A stretch of DNA of 64,000 nt from Epiperipatus broadwayi (lineage: Eukaryota > Animalia > Onychophora), in contig JAQFVV010000001.1 of the NCBI GenBank assembly GCA_028023455.1, positions 33,170,001-33,234,000 on the forward strand, given 5' to 3'. The notes beneath the pieces are model-generated. The model saw only the letters and a program-made list of their open reading frames with translations, was not told the origin of the DNA and made no database searches. Position numbers and translations under genes: made by a program. This document shows positions 12,150 through 26,421 of the stretch, in pieces (position 1 is the first letter of the stretch; each line of letters begins with the position of its first letter).

Positions 12150-15100
12150 AATTTTCTTATAAATTATTTGGTGCTAGTGGCATGTTTTGTGCTGCTGTGG
12201 TTTTGTTCTGCAAGATAAGTTAAAGTTTATATATATATTTCCCCAAATATCCAGAGAATTTCATTGCTACAAAAATTGTTTGCATACTGTGTGGAGGTGG
12301 AAAGAAAATTGGGGTTAAGAGAGATAGATTTAATTGGATTTGGAAAGATCTGGAATAATTTTGATAACATTTGGAAAGTGTTTTGTTACGCTATTTTAAA
12401 TAAATAAAAAATACTTTTTGTCGTATGTGTGTATCATTGTAAGGAGGCTTTAAAATTAAGTTGTACATAAGATTGGTTGGTTTTTAGTAAGTTTGCTACT
12501 AAATAATTTTTTAATTTAAGAAAGACAATGATTTATTTGAGAAAGAAGATAACATTTTGAGACCTAAGTTTTGGAAACACACCATTAAAAGAAAGGAAAT
12601 GGTTTTTTCTTTTATATAAAAGATTTTGTAGAGTACTAAATAAAGCATAAAGTTAAATATAGATTAGGGGACTTGAAAATTAAGGAATATGGATTGCATT
12701 TACATCCCACAGTGTATATATAATGGTCGTAAAGGAATTAGGCATGCTGTGTGAGCAAATTAAGGAATTAATGAATAGAAATGATAAAGAAAAAGTAGAT
12801 CAGGAAGTTCAGAAGGTAGAAGAGAATGTTATGAATGAAGTAGGAAAAGAAAATTCCTTTCCTTTTTTGGCAGATTATACAAGTTGGTACTATAATTTCT
12901 CATAGACTTCATTTGCAGATGTGATATAATTGCAAGGGGAAATAGAAACAGGTATATAAGAATATGTTTGCCTGGAGCTAGAATTAGGATGTTATAGATA
13001 TGGTAAAGGAACAAGAAAGTAGAGATGCTTATGTTATGGTAAGGACAAATAATTTGTCAGAGCCATCGGCGAGAATAATGGATAAGTACAAAGAATTGAT
13101 TAATAATTTGAGTAAGATTAAAGGAAGAATAGAAATAATTAAATTATTACCAAAATTCAACAATAGGTATATGTTAGATAGGGCATGTTCTATAAATGAG
13201 AGATTGAAGAAATTGTGTGAGAGAAATGATATGTTTATGGATGTATGGGTTCTTTTTATTAGTAAGAGGTAATTATATAGTGAAGATGGATTGCACTTCG
13301 TGAAACAAGGAAATGAAGTATTAGGGAGTTTCATTTATAAAGAATATTATAGTTCGAAAAATTATAAAGTAGGATAGAGTTTTAAATTGCAGTATTATCA
13401 AAAACAAAAATGGATGGGATGTAAGGAATAAACAAAGGGTAACTGATTTGGATATAAATGTAAATGTGGAAAGAGAATGGGTCTGTAAAATTAGTGGTAA
13501 GCAAGTTACAAATATAATGGACAAAAAAAGAGTCAAAAGAATTTATAAAAGTAAATTGGAAAGAAGAAATTGTTAAAATTGGATATTTGAAGATGCAAGG
13601 TTGTAGGAGACCAGAAATGTGATTGGAATTAAACAAAGCAGTTATAAATGAAGAGGTTGATGTATTAGCAGTAATGGAAACACATTAAGAGAAGAACCTA
13701 TACTGTAAGACATGGTATGATAGGGTATAAATAGGAAAGAAAAAGGTGTGATGGCATAGGAGTTATGTCATAAAAATAACTAAATACTATTAAGTGTCAA
13801 GAATATTTGTGGTTTGAGATAAAGTTAGGAAGCTAAGAATGGATTATGGTTATAGTTTATATGGCCATTGGAGATAGTCACTATAATGGAGTGGAATATT
13901 AGCATATATAAATATCTAGTTAAAGATATACAAAGTTTCAAAAAAAAAAGGGAAGAAAATAATGATTATAGTGGATGTAAATAGACAATTGAAGAAATTG
14001 ATTACGTAGATAACAAGAATGGACAGCTTTTGAATAATTTTTGTCAGAGAGTGAATTTGAGCATTGGAAATTTATCAAATATTTACGAGGGACAATACAC
14101 ACATGGTCTAGAAATAATATATTTCATACAATAGATTATGTATTAGTAGAGAAAGAGTGACTGAATAAAGTACGGAAAATTAGTGTTTGATATTGAAGGG
14201 AGAGTATATAATAGTGATCATAATTTTTTTTATAATAGAAATTATGTGATGAAAAATAGTAATTAAAGTAGAAAAGATAGTAAAAGATATGGATGGAAAA
14301 TGAAAAGAATAAGTTAGAAGAATATAAAATAAAAGTGAAGAAATCATGGATAAGTGTGCTATTAAAAATAAAAAAAAAGTGAAACAGATGTTAATGTTAA
14401 ATGGGAGAAGTATTAAAAAAAAAACCAAATTGGCTAAAATAGATATTTATAGAGAATGAAATTAATAAATTGTTGATAATAATAAAAATGGAAGAGATAG
14501 AAAAAAAAAATTTTGGATATATATTAAAAAAAAGGAATGTAGGGGAGAGAGAAGTAGTATTTACTAGATGATGTGGGAATTGTTAGTATTTGTAGGGCTT
14601 TACCAATGCTGTTCTTATGAAATATATTATATTATTTGGGGGTTATATATATATGTAAATGTACTGTGTGTGGGTGCGAATTAGTTGTAACCCATCAAAA
14701 GAAAAAAATAATTGCAAATGCATTAGTAATAAAAAAAAATTCAAATGATTAGTCATTCAGAATCATGTGATGTTCAGCCATTGGAAATAAAGGTTTAGCT
14801 TCAATTCAGGAGTGGTCAGCTCTCAAATTTAGCACTCCTAGGACTATGCTAGATTGTACAGAGTAAATGTATTATAATATTTAAATATTGCAAAATTTAT
14901 AATTATAAAAACATGTTTATTAGTTCAAAAGCAAGCTGCAGTTGAAGTTCAGATTTTATTCACAAGTAGTGTTGCTGAAAAACAAAACAAGATGGGGAAT
15001 AGCAAGGAAAGTAGTTTACTGTTTAAGGCTCTATCAGAATCTTTAGCAACAAGGGAATATACACATAAATGGAAAAATATGGGTGATTTAGTCTGCAAGT

Positions 15101-15381
15101 TATGTAAGGAAGGCATAGAAAATATTAGGCATCTGGTCAAACAGAAAAGGTACAAATAATGAAGTTGTGGAAGAATAAACAAAGTGATTATACAGAAAGT
15201 GGTTTTTTGGGTTTTATGCTGGGTTTGGGAGAAGATAAGGGGGGTTTATATATAAAGGCCATAGAGTTGACAAAGATTATGTTGTGGAAATGGGATGGAA
15301 CAGGATGAAAAACTTAGGGTGGGAATGGAAAGGGAAGATAAGGTTTCTCTGGGCATAGTGGCTGAGACAACTAACAACTAC
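12150..15381 (+). mobile_element. Non-LTR retrotransposon with SGNH-esterase ORF1 and APE ORF2 (RTE-X-like), internally deleted and decayed; boundaries approximate
   Basis: ORF1 motif MDVWVLF...LYSEDGLHF..QG; endonuclease start IGYLKMQG...EVDVLAVMETH; C-terminal GNSKESSLLFKALSESLATREY...CKLCKEGIENIRH; short repeated tail ACAACTAACAACTACA. Most of the RT core is missing. Confidence 0.75.
12723..13383 (+). pseudogene. LINE ORF1 with SGNH/GDSL esterase domain (fragmented)
   Basis: ORFs 12723-12905 and 13000-13272 plus read-through to YSEDGLHF (the DxxH catalytic block). Confidence 0.7.
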
Positions 15382-17800
15382 ATTTGGATTTTTTATTTAT
15401 AAATTTTATATTGCACAGTATATAAAATTTCAAGAAAAACTGAACTTATTCAAACTGTGCCCCCCCCCCCCCAACTTAATTTATTTTTACATAGATATTA
15501 CAACAGAAGAGATTATTTTTATATTTGTGAATTTCTTTGTAAATTTTGGGTACATAATTTATTCATCTTTAAGATTCATAAATGTAAATTAAAAAATAGC
15601 ATATTCACAAGATTTTTAAAAATTGATATAGTTAATTTAATAATTTATGGTAAATTTCAAATACTATTAAATATCAGTAAAGAAGGCAGGTAATGTTATA
15701 AACTTTTACGCCACGCATGTAAGTAATCAGTATTCATTATTTATTATTTATGCAATAGGTTCTCTGTCCAAAGGCAGGTAACTAGGCAATAGAGTACTAG
15801 TACTACCATCAAGCATTAATATTTAATTATCGTTGATGGTAGCTAATTATTTGCCATTCTCTTAATCTTATTATTCTGGCAACTCAGTTTAAATAGTTTT
15901 GCTTATAAAGTTTAAATATTTTTTTTTATTCCTTAATTTATCTTTCTGCTAAAATCATATGTAGTTAGTTTATCATTTCTATCATATTTGTATTAATTGG
16001 AAAATTTAACTTGATGCTTACTTGCAAAATATCGTCATACAGTATAGAAAAAATTGCATTTGTTTGAGATAAAAAAAATGTCAGTGGCAAACTACTGCTC
16101 AATACATCGTTTTTATATTATCGAAGAACAGTGCTTTTCCAAAAGCTGGAATCATCTGCATTTCAGCAGATCACTTAACATACAAGTAATTATTAAAACA
16201 ATAAATAAAAATACCGCCGCCGTATTAAGTAATCGAAATGAATGCTGATAAAATTTAGTAATAACAAAACACCAAAGTGTTTATTAAAATAAAAATAATA
16301 GTAATTATTAATTTTCATTTGAATTTTCTTTTACAACCAGCCACGTTATTGAATTATTAATAATTAAGAATGGGAATGTAATTTGAAAGTAGTTCATAAA
16401 GGTTCAAGGAAAGAGGGTGGTGGAGGATAGTTCTCCATCAGTTCTTATTTCTCTCGCATTTTAGTTATGTAGGAAGTCATGTTTGATATTCATTGCTAAA
16501 GAAATAATATATTAAAAATTGCATATTTTTTAAAACTAAAAAATACTTATTTAATTAATGCATATCTATAATGAATAGATTAATAGTTTAATATTTTTAA
16601 TAGAATAGGAAAAGGAAAAAATGAATAATGAAAACTAGTTTAATATATCCGTTAACTCCACCTCTAATCAACCAGGCCAATAGAAATGTAGAGTATTCAT
16701 CTGGCTAGCATGCGTTTGTCTGAGTGATAGACAAGTGTTGGTTGGTTGCTGTTGATTGTAACACTTTCTTGGTAGTGAGGGTTTGATAAGCAAAAATGCT
16801 GGGATTTCCCCTTAATTCTGATATGCTGGTATGGCCTATGGTTCGCGCCTTGGTATGTAGTTTATTGTTCAATTTTTTTTTTCCTAATGGCAATTCCATA
16901 TATATGTATTTGTTGCAAGTAAAAGAGATTTAAAAAAAAAAGGCTGCTAATTTTTGAAATATCTTTGTAATTTGGTTTCATCATCCCTCCTTTATCTTAC
17001 AAAACATCCAATAATTTCATTCATTCTATCACTTGGACAAGCTATCAAAGCCGATGTACAAAAATATATATTTGGCTATTTCATTGGTTATTTTTGTTAT
17101 TGAATGATGCTGACTGAAGATTACTACATTATAGCCAACTATGACTGGCTATATAATAGCTTACTAGGAAAAAAGTTTATTCATAAAAGATAAATGCTTA
17201 ATTTGAAAATATATAGAATATTCATATATGCACGCATATATTATATAGATGTCCCGAGAAAAGAAAAATTTACTCAGTGTAAAATCTATATATGTATTTT
17301 GATAATTTCACTAAATATTAAAATAGTATAAAATGCCCCCCCCCCTCTTTGATTGCTTAAAATAAAATGTTGAAAATAAGGTAGAAAATAAGGTAAAACC
17401 TTTATTAACGTTTATGCTTCGTTGTTATCAGTAAAAAGCAACCCTTTCTCTTTTTAAAGTATTTTAATTTATCAACGTCAAAGAATTAAATATAATAAAA
17501 CTTAACATTTATATATTAAATCGTCGGTGTTGTTAATTACAATATATTTTTTGCAATAATTTCAAGGAAAAAACAAACATTTATTAATGTTCAGTCAGCT
17601 GATTCTTGTATTAATAAATGACTCCCTGCTTATGATATATTTGTTACTCAATTTTTTCTTGTTAAATAAAGTCAGGAATTGAAATAACTAATTTCATGAC
17701 AATAATGAATTTATTAATACTAAAAAATAGTGCAAGTAATTTTTCTATTTTGGACTTCAAATTCTTAATTTCAGATTTTAATGCAATGTACTCTTTCTTT

Positions 17801-17901
17801 TTTCTCATGTGTCATAGCATCAGCCAGGAAGCGAACCCGCTAACCCGGGACAACTGCTTGTAAAGCAGCTGTCACTGACATCTCGACCACCAATGCTTGA
17901 C
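17801..17901 (-). pseudogene. Retroposed tRNA-derived element (tRNA-Val(TAC)-like pseudogene or short SINE)
   Basis: 17896-17817 folds as a cloverleaf: acceptor GCATTGG/CTGATGC, D stem GTC/GAC, anticodon arm GCTGC-TTTACAA-GCAGT, T arm CCGGG...CCTGG with an 8-nt insertion. Flanked by a 15-bp near-direct repeat at 17786-17800 and 17902-17916. Confidence 0.7.
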
Positions 17902-18442
17902 ATGTACTTTTTTCTTTGCTTAGTTAAATCTATATGAAAAAAATTATTGTGCATTTAAAACCATTCCTAATAGTGTTTTTCAATTATAGAATTTTAAATT
18001 AACTTAATGTTATATTAAATATTGAAATAACTTAATTTTATATTAAATATTGAAGTAATAAATTAATAATTGTTGCAAGTACACGGTTTATGTACTCTGG
18101 CTGAAGCAGACTAATCAATAAAATGCATACAATAAACATTTTATTATCACAGCTAGTTGTAATTTGAACATTGTAAAAACAAATAAAAATGAAATTACTA
18201 AACTAAAGGTCTGTGAAGTGAAAACATTTAATAATTACCATAATGTTTTGAAACAGTAAAACATTTAGGCTTATGACTTATATAAACTTATTGTTATTAG
18301 CAGACATGTCAGTATTGGTAATGATCCTGATCATGTTGCTACACCAAGTAAGCAATATTTCCCATTACTGATGGTATAAAGTTAAAATATATAAAAGTTG
18401 AAAAATAGTGACTAACTTTTATAACATAAGCTTAGTCTAAAC

Positions 18443-20760
18443 CAGGCATCGGCAAACTATGACTGGTCACCAAGTGACCCACTTGAGTTCCACAAATAAA
18501 GTATGATATATAAAAATAAATTATAGTAGTAATATGAAATAAACACTTTGAGAAAATATAAATAATAAGATTAACATTTTGGTTTGATTGCAAAGTTGCA
18601 CTAATGAACATAAGCAGAATACAGCAACATTGTCTGAACGAATCTTATCATTACTCACCGTGTGTTCTCTCTGTTGTAACACTTGTTGTTCAGTAGCGTG
18701 AGAATAGTTACTTAAGCGAAGTAAATATGCAGTTACCTAAGTGAAAAATTATTATTAATTATTTAAAAAAAATTACCATGGACAAACAAAAAATAAGATG
18801 TTATTTCACGATATGTGGACTGAAAAGTATGGATATATCAAAAATGATGACAAATTGATATGTACTTTATGTACAGATATAATTACTGCCCGGACTTACA
18901 ATATTGAGCAACATTTTTTTTTTGTTTCAAAACGTAAAATGTGAATGAAATGCCAAATGAAGAAAAATCTGAATGCATTGCTAAACGTGTATTAAATTTT
19001 AGAAAACAAAATAAATTGTTAGAGTTTTATTACCAGCCACAATCACGCTACATCTGTCAGCTTTGTTGAATCTCTTAGCATTAGTACCAACAGAAAACCA
19101 TTTACAGATGGTGAATTTTTGAAAAATGCATTCATAAAATGACTTCACAAATAAACTACAAATAATTGAGAGATTTAAAGAAATGCCATTGTCAACCAGA
19201 ACAATTCAATAGCTGCATTTAAGATATGGCTACAAATATTGACAAACAGGTAAAAAATGGTTCGTTATCTAGTGACATAATTAGGCATTGTATTTGATGA
19301 ATGTAGTGATTTAAATATTATGGGCAGGCTGGCAATTATTACATTTGTATCAATGAATAGTTTTGAAAGTGAACAAATAATTGTATTCTTGCTTTAATGA
19401 ATGACATGACCAAAAGCGTTGACATTTTCCATCAAATGCAAGAGTTCACAAATTTCAAAATGGGCTAATAGTGGATTTAAAAACTAAATTGTTTTCCATA
19501 ACAACTGATGGTGCTCCAGCTATGAGAGGAAAGAATGTTTGGATTTGTGAAAGACTAATGGAGAGTTTACTTGATCACCCGATTTTATTCCATTGTGTCA
19601 TACATGAAGAAAATTTATGTGCATAGGCATCTACCAACAATTTAAGGATGTAATGGAAAAGGTGGTTAAGAACATAAATGTGATAATAGCATGATCAGCA
19701 TTAACACAGGCATTAAAAATCTTTTTTGGAGGAATTTGAATCAAAATGTGGAGATTTGTTACATTCTGAAATACGATGGTTAAATAGAGGCAAAGTTCTT
19801 AATAGATTTGTAGAGTGTTTTGATGATATACAAATATTTTTTTTACGAAATCAGTGAAAATGATCTCTAACTGAATAATAAACAATGGTTTTTAAGACTT
19901 TTGTTCTTAACAGACATAATAAATCATTGTAATAATTTCAACGTATGACTCCAAGGAAATAACCACACAATTTTAAAAAGGTACGAGGAATGGAAGATGT
20001 TTTCTTGGAAATTAATATTATTTGAAACTGCTATAATAGCTAAAATATTTCTTTTTTTTCCCTTGTTAAAAAGCCAACATGAAAAAAAAAAAAAAAATCA
20101 ATGAAAGCAATCTAAATGTGTACGAAAATTGGATTTTGAACATTAAAAGTGAATATGAAAGTAGATTTAAAAAATTTCAAGAAGCACAGTGAAATGTTTA
20201 CATTTATAATAAAGCCGATGAAGTAGAAGAAAATATTTTGGATTTGCAGTATTGACTGACAATTTAAGTTTAGAAATGATTGATTTTAAAAGTTCAATGT
20301 TGTGGAGGGATAAATTCAAGTCTTTGTGGAAAGATTTAGAAAAACGAAAGAGTACTCATGATTATTATGTTGGACATCACTTCGTACACAGTTTTCATTT
20401 TTGAAAAATTGGCTTTGCCATTTCGTCTGTGTTTGTTTCTACTTATAAATGTGAGCCAATATTTTCACATTATCAAATTTAAGAGCAGGAGCAGCTTAAC
20501 TAATAAAAATTCAGATTGAAGAGAATGTTTATAAATAAAGTTCATAAATTAATGAACTAAAACTTGACAATTATATTTGTTTTTATAACAATTAGAATTA
20601 TAATTTAGAATTTTTATGTTTAAAGTTTAAAAGCTTATTGTAATTATTTTCTGAATAAAATTTATCTTATTATTCACTAACAGACTGTTTTAACAATTTA
20701 AGAGTCTTTGGCGCCATATTGAATTTTTAAAAAACTGACCTTTTTTATTAAAGTTTAAAA
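18443..20760 (+). mobile_element. Decayed Buster-group hAT (GTF2IRD2/SPIN-like transposase); right end not identified
   Basis: Left TIR CAGGCATCGGCAAACT preceded by GTCTAAAC. Fragments KPFTDGEF, ITTDGAPAMRG, FHCVIHEE, HSEIRWLNRG and FVSTYKCE across frames. End coordinate approximate. Confidence 0.8.
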
Positions 20761-20899
20761 AACTGACTTGTGTCACAATTTTCACAATAACTTCAGTTTT
20801 AATAATATTAGAGCAAAATGCTACATATAGACAGAAAGTAGAAAAACTAAGGAAAACAAGAAGGTTAAGATTGATATTTTTAAAAAAGCAAGAAAAAAA

Positions 20900-22340
20900 A
20901 AAAAAAGAAATTTCAACATCCGAAATAATTATTACTTCATTGTTTATTCATAATTTCTAATTTATCATTAAGTTTAAATTACATCTTCATTGATAATTGC
21001 TTTATATTCTTCACAAAATTATCCATAGTTTCAATATCTACAAAAATAATTGCATAAGAATTCTTCATTTTATCTTGTACCCTAAAAATTAATAAATTTA
21101 AAGGCATCTATAAGAAAAACATTCATCCTAATGAAAGATAAAAATAAATAATTTTCAGAAGGCAGATATTATTTTCCATCATAGAAATTGGCTTCTTGTC
21201 TAACCAAAACTAGAAATTGAAGGTTAAGTTTGTATCGATGATAAAATGAGTTTCATCTCTTCATTTTTTATTTTTTGTGTCCACTAGTGATGTATATATT
21301 CTTTATACACACCAGTGATGCTATCTTGTTATATTTATTATCCCACAGAGATATAATTTATTTACATTCAGCCCATTCGCTAGCTATAGACTTGAAAATA
21401 ATATGATGCAAGATGTGACAAAACTACCGACTCCACAGCATGAGTACCAAGGCATAGGCAAGAATCAGGATTTGATTCTTTGCCTGCATACCATTCCACG
21501 TGATGTATACATAAATGTTGTGTCTTATCACCACACACACCACTTGAAACCTCTCTTTATTGGTTTTAAGAGTTTATATTTTCACATGGTTAGTATGCCC
21601 AGTAAATTTTGTGATTGTTTTATCAACTGCAACCTTTCTGTATATCTGAGAATTAGTCTTAAAATTTATTTTACACTGCTCTATAATACCTTAATTATAT
21701 ATATATAAATTATTACTTGTTATACAAATACAGACATGTAAGTGCAAATACAAACACTATATATATATACTAATTAATTATTAAACCTTTTGAGAATTAT
21801 TATGTCTACAAAATAAGACTGCCTCAAACTTGAATCAGACTCCCAAAATTACATTGTACATAAAGCACTACATTATATTTGAATACAATTTATATACTAC
21901 ACACACTACTACACATGCAAACACATTAATTAATTATAATTTATAAAACTATGCAAATAATAGAAAAATTAAAAATACTACACAAAAAAAATTAAAATTG
22001 AATACTTACAAGGCTCAAAATTACATATAATAAACCACTACGTTATATTGGAATGCAAGTATAATATTTATATACTACACACTCTAATACAAATGCAAGC
22101 ACAAACACATTAATAAATTATAATTTATCAAATAATAAAAAAATGTAAAATAGTACTATGCAAATAATAGAAAAAATTAAAATACCCCCCAAAAAATTAA
22201 AATAAAATACCTACGATATTACATTTTTGTTGGGATGAAGGTCTTGAATCATCGAAACATTTTTAATCCATTTTACTTCAGAGTCTTGCTGAAACGAAAA
22301 TTGTGCCTTTGTCTTTGTGCAAGGTAGTAAACTGAGCAGA
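20900..22340 (-). pseudogene. piggyBac-like transposase remnant
   Basis: Minus-strand fragments VAVDKTITKFTG...KPIKRGFK, YAGKE...CLGTHAV and WLDKKPISM match piggyBac SIDESM..F.G / KPIKRGYK / W.DK motifs. Interrupted by an AT-rich duplication; no TIRs found. Confidence 0.6.
21845..22210. repeat. Imperfect tandem duplication (~175-bp period)
   Basis: Two copies of caaaattaca...cactac.ttatatt...actatgcaaataatagaaaaa...aatac(t/c)tac. Confidence 0.7.
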
Positions 22341-23583
22341 AAAGAAAAAAAATTAAATGAACCTATTAATAAGAATATTAATAAAAAATCCAAATTTTGT
22401 CCAATTTTAACATATGATACACCATTTTAAAAAGGAATTCAAACAGCAGTGAATTCCAGGATTTTTGTAAACATTATGCTTATAGTTTTCATGCGATTTT
22501 AAAAAGAAAAATTACAATGAATATGCTGCTGCTACAGCTATCACACTATGTCTATGAAATAGTTAAAATGTAAATACCACTGACCCAAAACATCTTAATA
22601 GTCACATTTTGGTTGATTTTGACCCGCAGCCAATAAAATTGCAGACATCAGGTCTAAACTTAGAAAAATAATTTTAATTTACCTGAAAAAAAAAACTGTT
22701 TATAAAATAAATTGTTTTAATCTAAAACAATTCTGCAATTTATATCTCTTGATTACTTTAATATTCAAAAATATGAATTTGATTGATTGCCATTAAGTAT
22801 CATAATAAATTTTCTTGGTATATTCATTATGATATCCATTCAACGTTATAGAGTTTTACAACAGATATTATTTATATAGATCTATTTTGACTTAAAAAGT
22901 CTTTTTTTCAACCTATTAAAATTATAACCATGTTTCTTTTATGAAATTTTTATTCAACTTTGTGAAGTTTGTTCTATGCTCTATGCCCTTTTCATTTAGT
23001 TTTTAAATAGAAGTGGTTTCACAATTTTTTCGTGAAATTGTTGTTTCTGGTTATGTATTCTTTGTTAAGATAGTTAATTTATTTTTGTGACTATATTATA
23101 AACATTGCAGTTTTTTTTTATGATATTAGATATATAACATCAGAGCACTCATAATTACTTTCATGATTATAAAACACTTGTATTCATTCTCACTTATTTT
23201 TATCATTACTACTATAATTGATCTATCTCGTCTTGAATTTTTTATATTTTTTTTATTAAAATTACATTTTAATCATCAATAAATAAAATAGATATAGATA
23301 GTCATTTTAAATAATCCATATAAATTTGACTAAATGTTTTTTAAAATCAGTGTGTTTGAATATATTGAAGTAATTTTGTGCTTCAATACACATACTTATA
23401 ATGGATTCTTTGAATGGTGGATTTTATTTCCTTTATATTAGTTGTGTTAATTGTATAGGGATTTATTAGATTGTTTACATTTTTATCTGGACAAAATTAT
23501 TTGTAAGCTAAATAAACCATGCTTTTGCAATGTTTTTGTCTCTAACTTGTGAAAATTTTTAACTTTTTAGCAATATTCTAGTG

Positions 23584-26421
23584 CAGGGATGGGCAATTTT
23601 TATTTTTTTGTCACCAGATGGAATGAAATATTCTAACCACAAAGCAGGCCAAAATAGATTAAAAGATTAAATAAAACAATTCAGAACCTAAAAATGTTAA
23701 ATTACTTGAATTACCAAATTATTAACATATTTTAAAAAATTGAAAATACAAAATTTAATGACCTAAATAGGAATTGATTATAGATAAAAACTAAAATTTA
23801 TAATAGACATTTTTATTGTTATGATAAAGTAAATATTAAAAAACTTATCACAAAAAACTTTAATATGAGGAATTGAATTTGGAATGCCCCTAATTTTTGA
23901 TTGCCTCAAAATTGGATATCAATTTACAAGTGGCTTTTCATAGAATGGTGTCTAAATTTTCATCTATTAGTTGTGATCTGATTTTGCTGTTTGTATTTTT
24001 CATTAAAGAAAATGTAGTTTCGCATAGGTATGTGTCAATCCAAAGAATGCAAAATATTTCTGTGCATTATTCAGAATATTTTTAATAATTTCTGGATTTA
24101 AAGAAGCATGAAAGTCTGTTATTGTTTTTTCAGCAAATTGGTTCTTTAATATTAAATTTGATTGCAAATTTATCAGTTCCAAGTGGTTACAAAGTAGTGC
24201 GTCATTGACATTACTAGTAAATGTTAGGCTCACTAAAGGTAAATCTTTAGAAATTTTGTGAAAATCTTCTGATAAATTCGTTAAATAAATCATTATTGCT
24301 TATTTTTTTAAAATCACATATTTTTTTTTCTCTTTTTTGCAAGATTGGAAAGGGAGTTAGTTAGTTAACTGTGCCTTTTGAAATTGTGACAATAACTAGT
24401 TTTGACATAAAAGATGTGACATTTGTATAAATATCATAAATAAATAATCCTTTTCCTTGTAATGGTAAATTTAATTCATTTTGATACGTTAACATATCAA
24501 TGGAGAAGAAAAAGTCGTTCAGCTATTGTTTCTTTTAATTCACAAAATTCATTAAGCTTGTTTTAACATTTAAGAAGTTAGCAATTCCATCCAACAAATC
24601 ATGAAATTGTTTTAACACTCTTGCAAGGTTAAGCCATCTTATATTCATATGGTACAGAATATTAATAAAGTCACATTCAATTTCTTTCAAAAATATTATG
24701 AATTGCTGGTGATTTAAAGCTCTTCCGTGAATAAAATTAAATATCTTCATTACAACCGATATAACATGCTTTAGTTTTAGAACTTTTTATGCAAAGGATT
24801 TCTTGATGAATTACACAATGTAAGAAAATTATTTTCTTTTCCTGAAATATGCTTTATTTAGTCACTTACTCTTTTTAATAATCCAGTGGTTTTTTCTGTC
24901 AAACTAGGACACCCATCGGTTGTATTGTCTCACTTCTATATTATGCTTTTGCAAAGTTTCTTAAAGGACTATAAAAAAAATTTCAATCATAGGTGTCTAT
25001 TTCATAGGACACGCAGAAAGTAATTCTTCCATAATTTCAAATCTAGTATTTATACCTTGAATAAAGATTTATCATTAAAAGTATGGCATTTGGCATCAAT
25101 TTTTCTCTTCTTTAATTGGCTCATTTTCTGAGCTGTAAATTGTTTATATTCAACTACGATAGGTTGAGTGGTGTGAATAATAGCCAATACTGTAATTGAA
25201 TGGGTAATAAAAGTATATACATAACAATTGAACATTACTGAACAATCCTTAGTTAATGTCTCTTTGGATTGAGCTTTCTTTTTTGATGGAGTGACAGAAA
25301 CAAACAAGTTATACGACTAGCAATAATTGTTATAACACAATGGATACAATAATGATACTTGTATTTATGGCAATTTAGTACTTAGAGGTATCTCCGAAGG
25401 TGGGGTTATTCCTGCCACATATATAGCTAACTTTGTGCTCCTGTCCTTCCAAACAACTCTGTTTTCTGAGCACATGGCTAACTGGTGATTTTTCTACCAT
25501 TTTGTTCTGTGTAGTACTTATCTATGTGGGGGTGGGCTACTTTAGCCAATAGTATTTTCTGGTTATCAGTCAAATGGCTTTCTACATATATCATAAATTA
25601 TATTAAATTAAAACTTCTAATAATTAGAAAAGACATAAACTTAATATAGTCCACTACTTTTAAAAGACAGTGATAGACTGGAATAATTATATGCGAGAAG
25701 TTTGTGTATGCAGTATGTTATCCTGAGAAAAAAAGCCCAAAATTCTACAAAACTAAGAATTTGTGAGCTGCTGGATATGACTTAGCTATGCTTTTGTTTG
25801 CATTTTGCAGGCATACAAAACTTCAGTCTGCCCCAGTGATTGTGACAAACAATCGTTTTTTCGTTTTGTTTTTATTGAAATAAATGTATATTACTAAAAG
25901 TTTAGTTGATGCAATATCATTTCTTGTAAAAATGTAAATATGATTTATTTCCAGTAAAGTTATAGGTCACAATTTTGAACGGAATAAGGTTCTTGTTATT
26001 TTTGCAAATAAGTATTCGCTACAAAATGTAAATACATTTTTGTTTATTTTCACTAAATAAAGTTATAAGTCACCATTTTGCAGTAAATAAAGTTACTTGT
26101 CATTATTTATCAAAATTTATTAAGTTTGTCAGATCTCATGTAGCCATTATTTTAGGAGATTGCAAAATTAGAAAGTCATCACTGGACTAAGTGATATTTC
26201 ACAGCAGGTCTAACCAATAAGTATCCAAGATCCATATCTAATGAATTATTAGAAGGTTAGAAAACTTTGCATAGTTAATTGCAATAGAGAGACAATGAAC
26301 TGTATTAATGTCTGCGTGAAAAATTTACTGATAACATAGACAGCGAAATTAACATTCTAATGCAGTGAGGCATATTCAACATCATTGCAGGCTGGATGTT
26401 GCCAGTGGTTGCCCACCTCTG
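23584..26421 (-). mobile_element. hAT (Buster group, GTF2IRD2-like) transposon, full length, decayed
   Basis: TIRs CAGGGATGGGCAATT / GGTTGCCCACCTCTG; TSD TTCTAGTG / CTCTAATG (6/8 match, central TA). Minus-strand fragments KKRKIDAKCHTFND, GRALNHQQF...YHMNIRWL and FFGLTHTY. Confidence 0.9.

Noticed and set aside
15798-15845. 10-bp stem hairpin as a pre-miRNA
   Set aside because: The stem is too short and imperfect for a canonical precursor.
21845-22212. Spliceosomal introns within the piggyBac remnant (domesticated gene)
   Set aside because: Donor-like motifs are present, but the flanking frames contain multiple stops and frameshifts.
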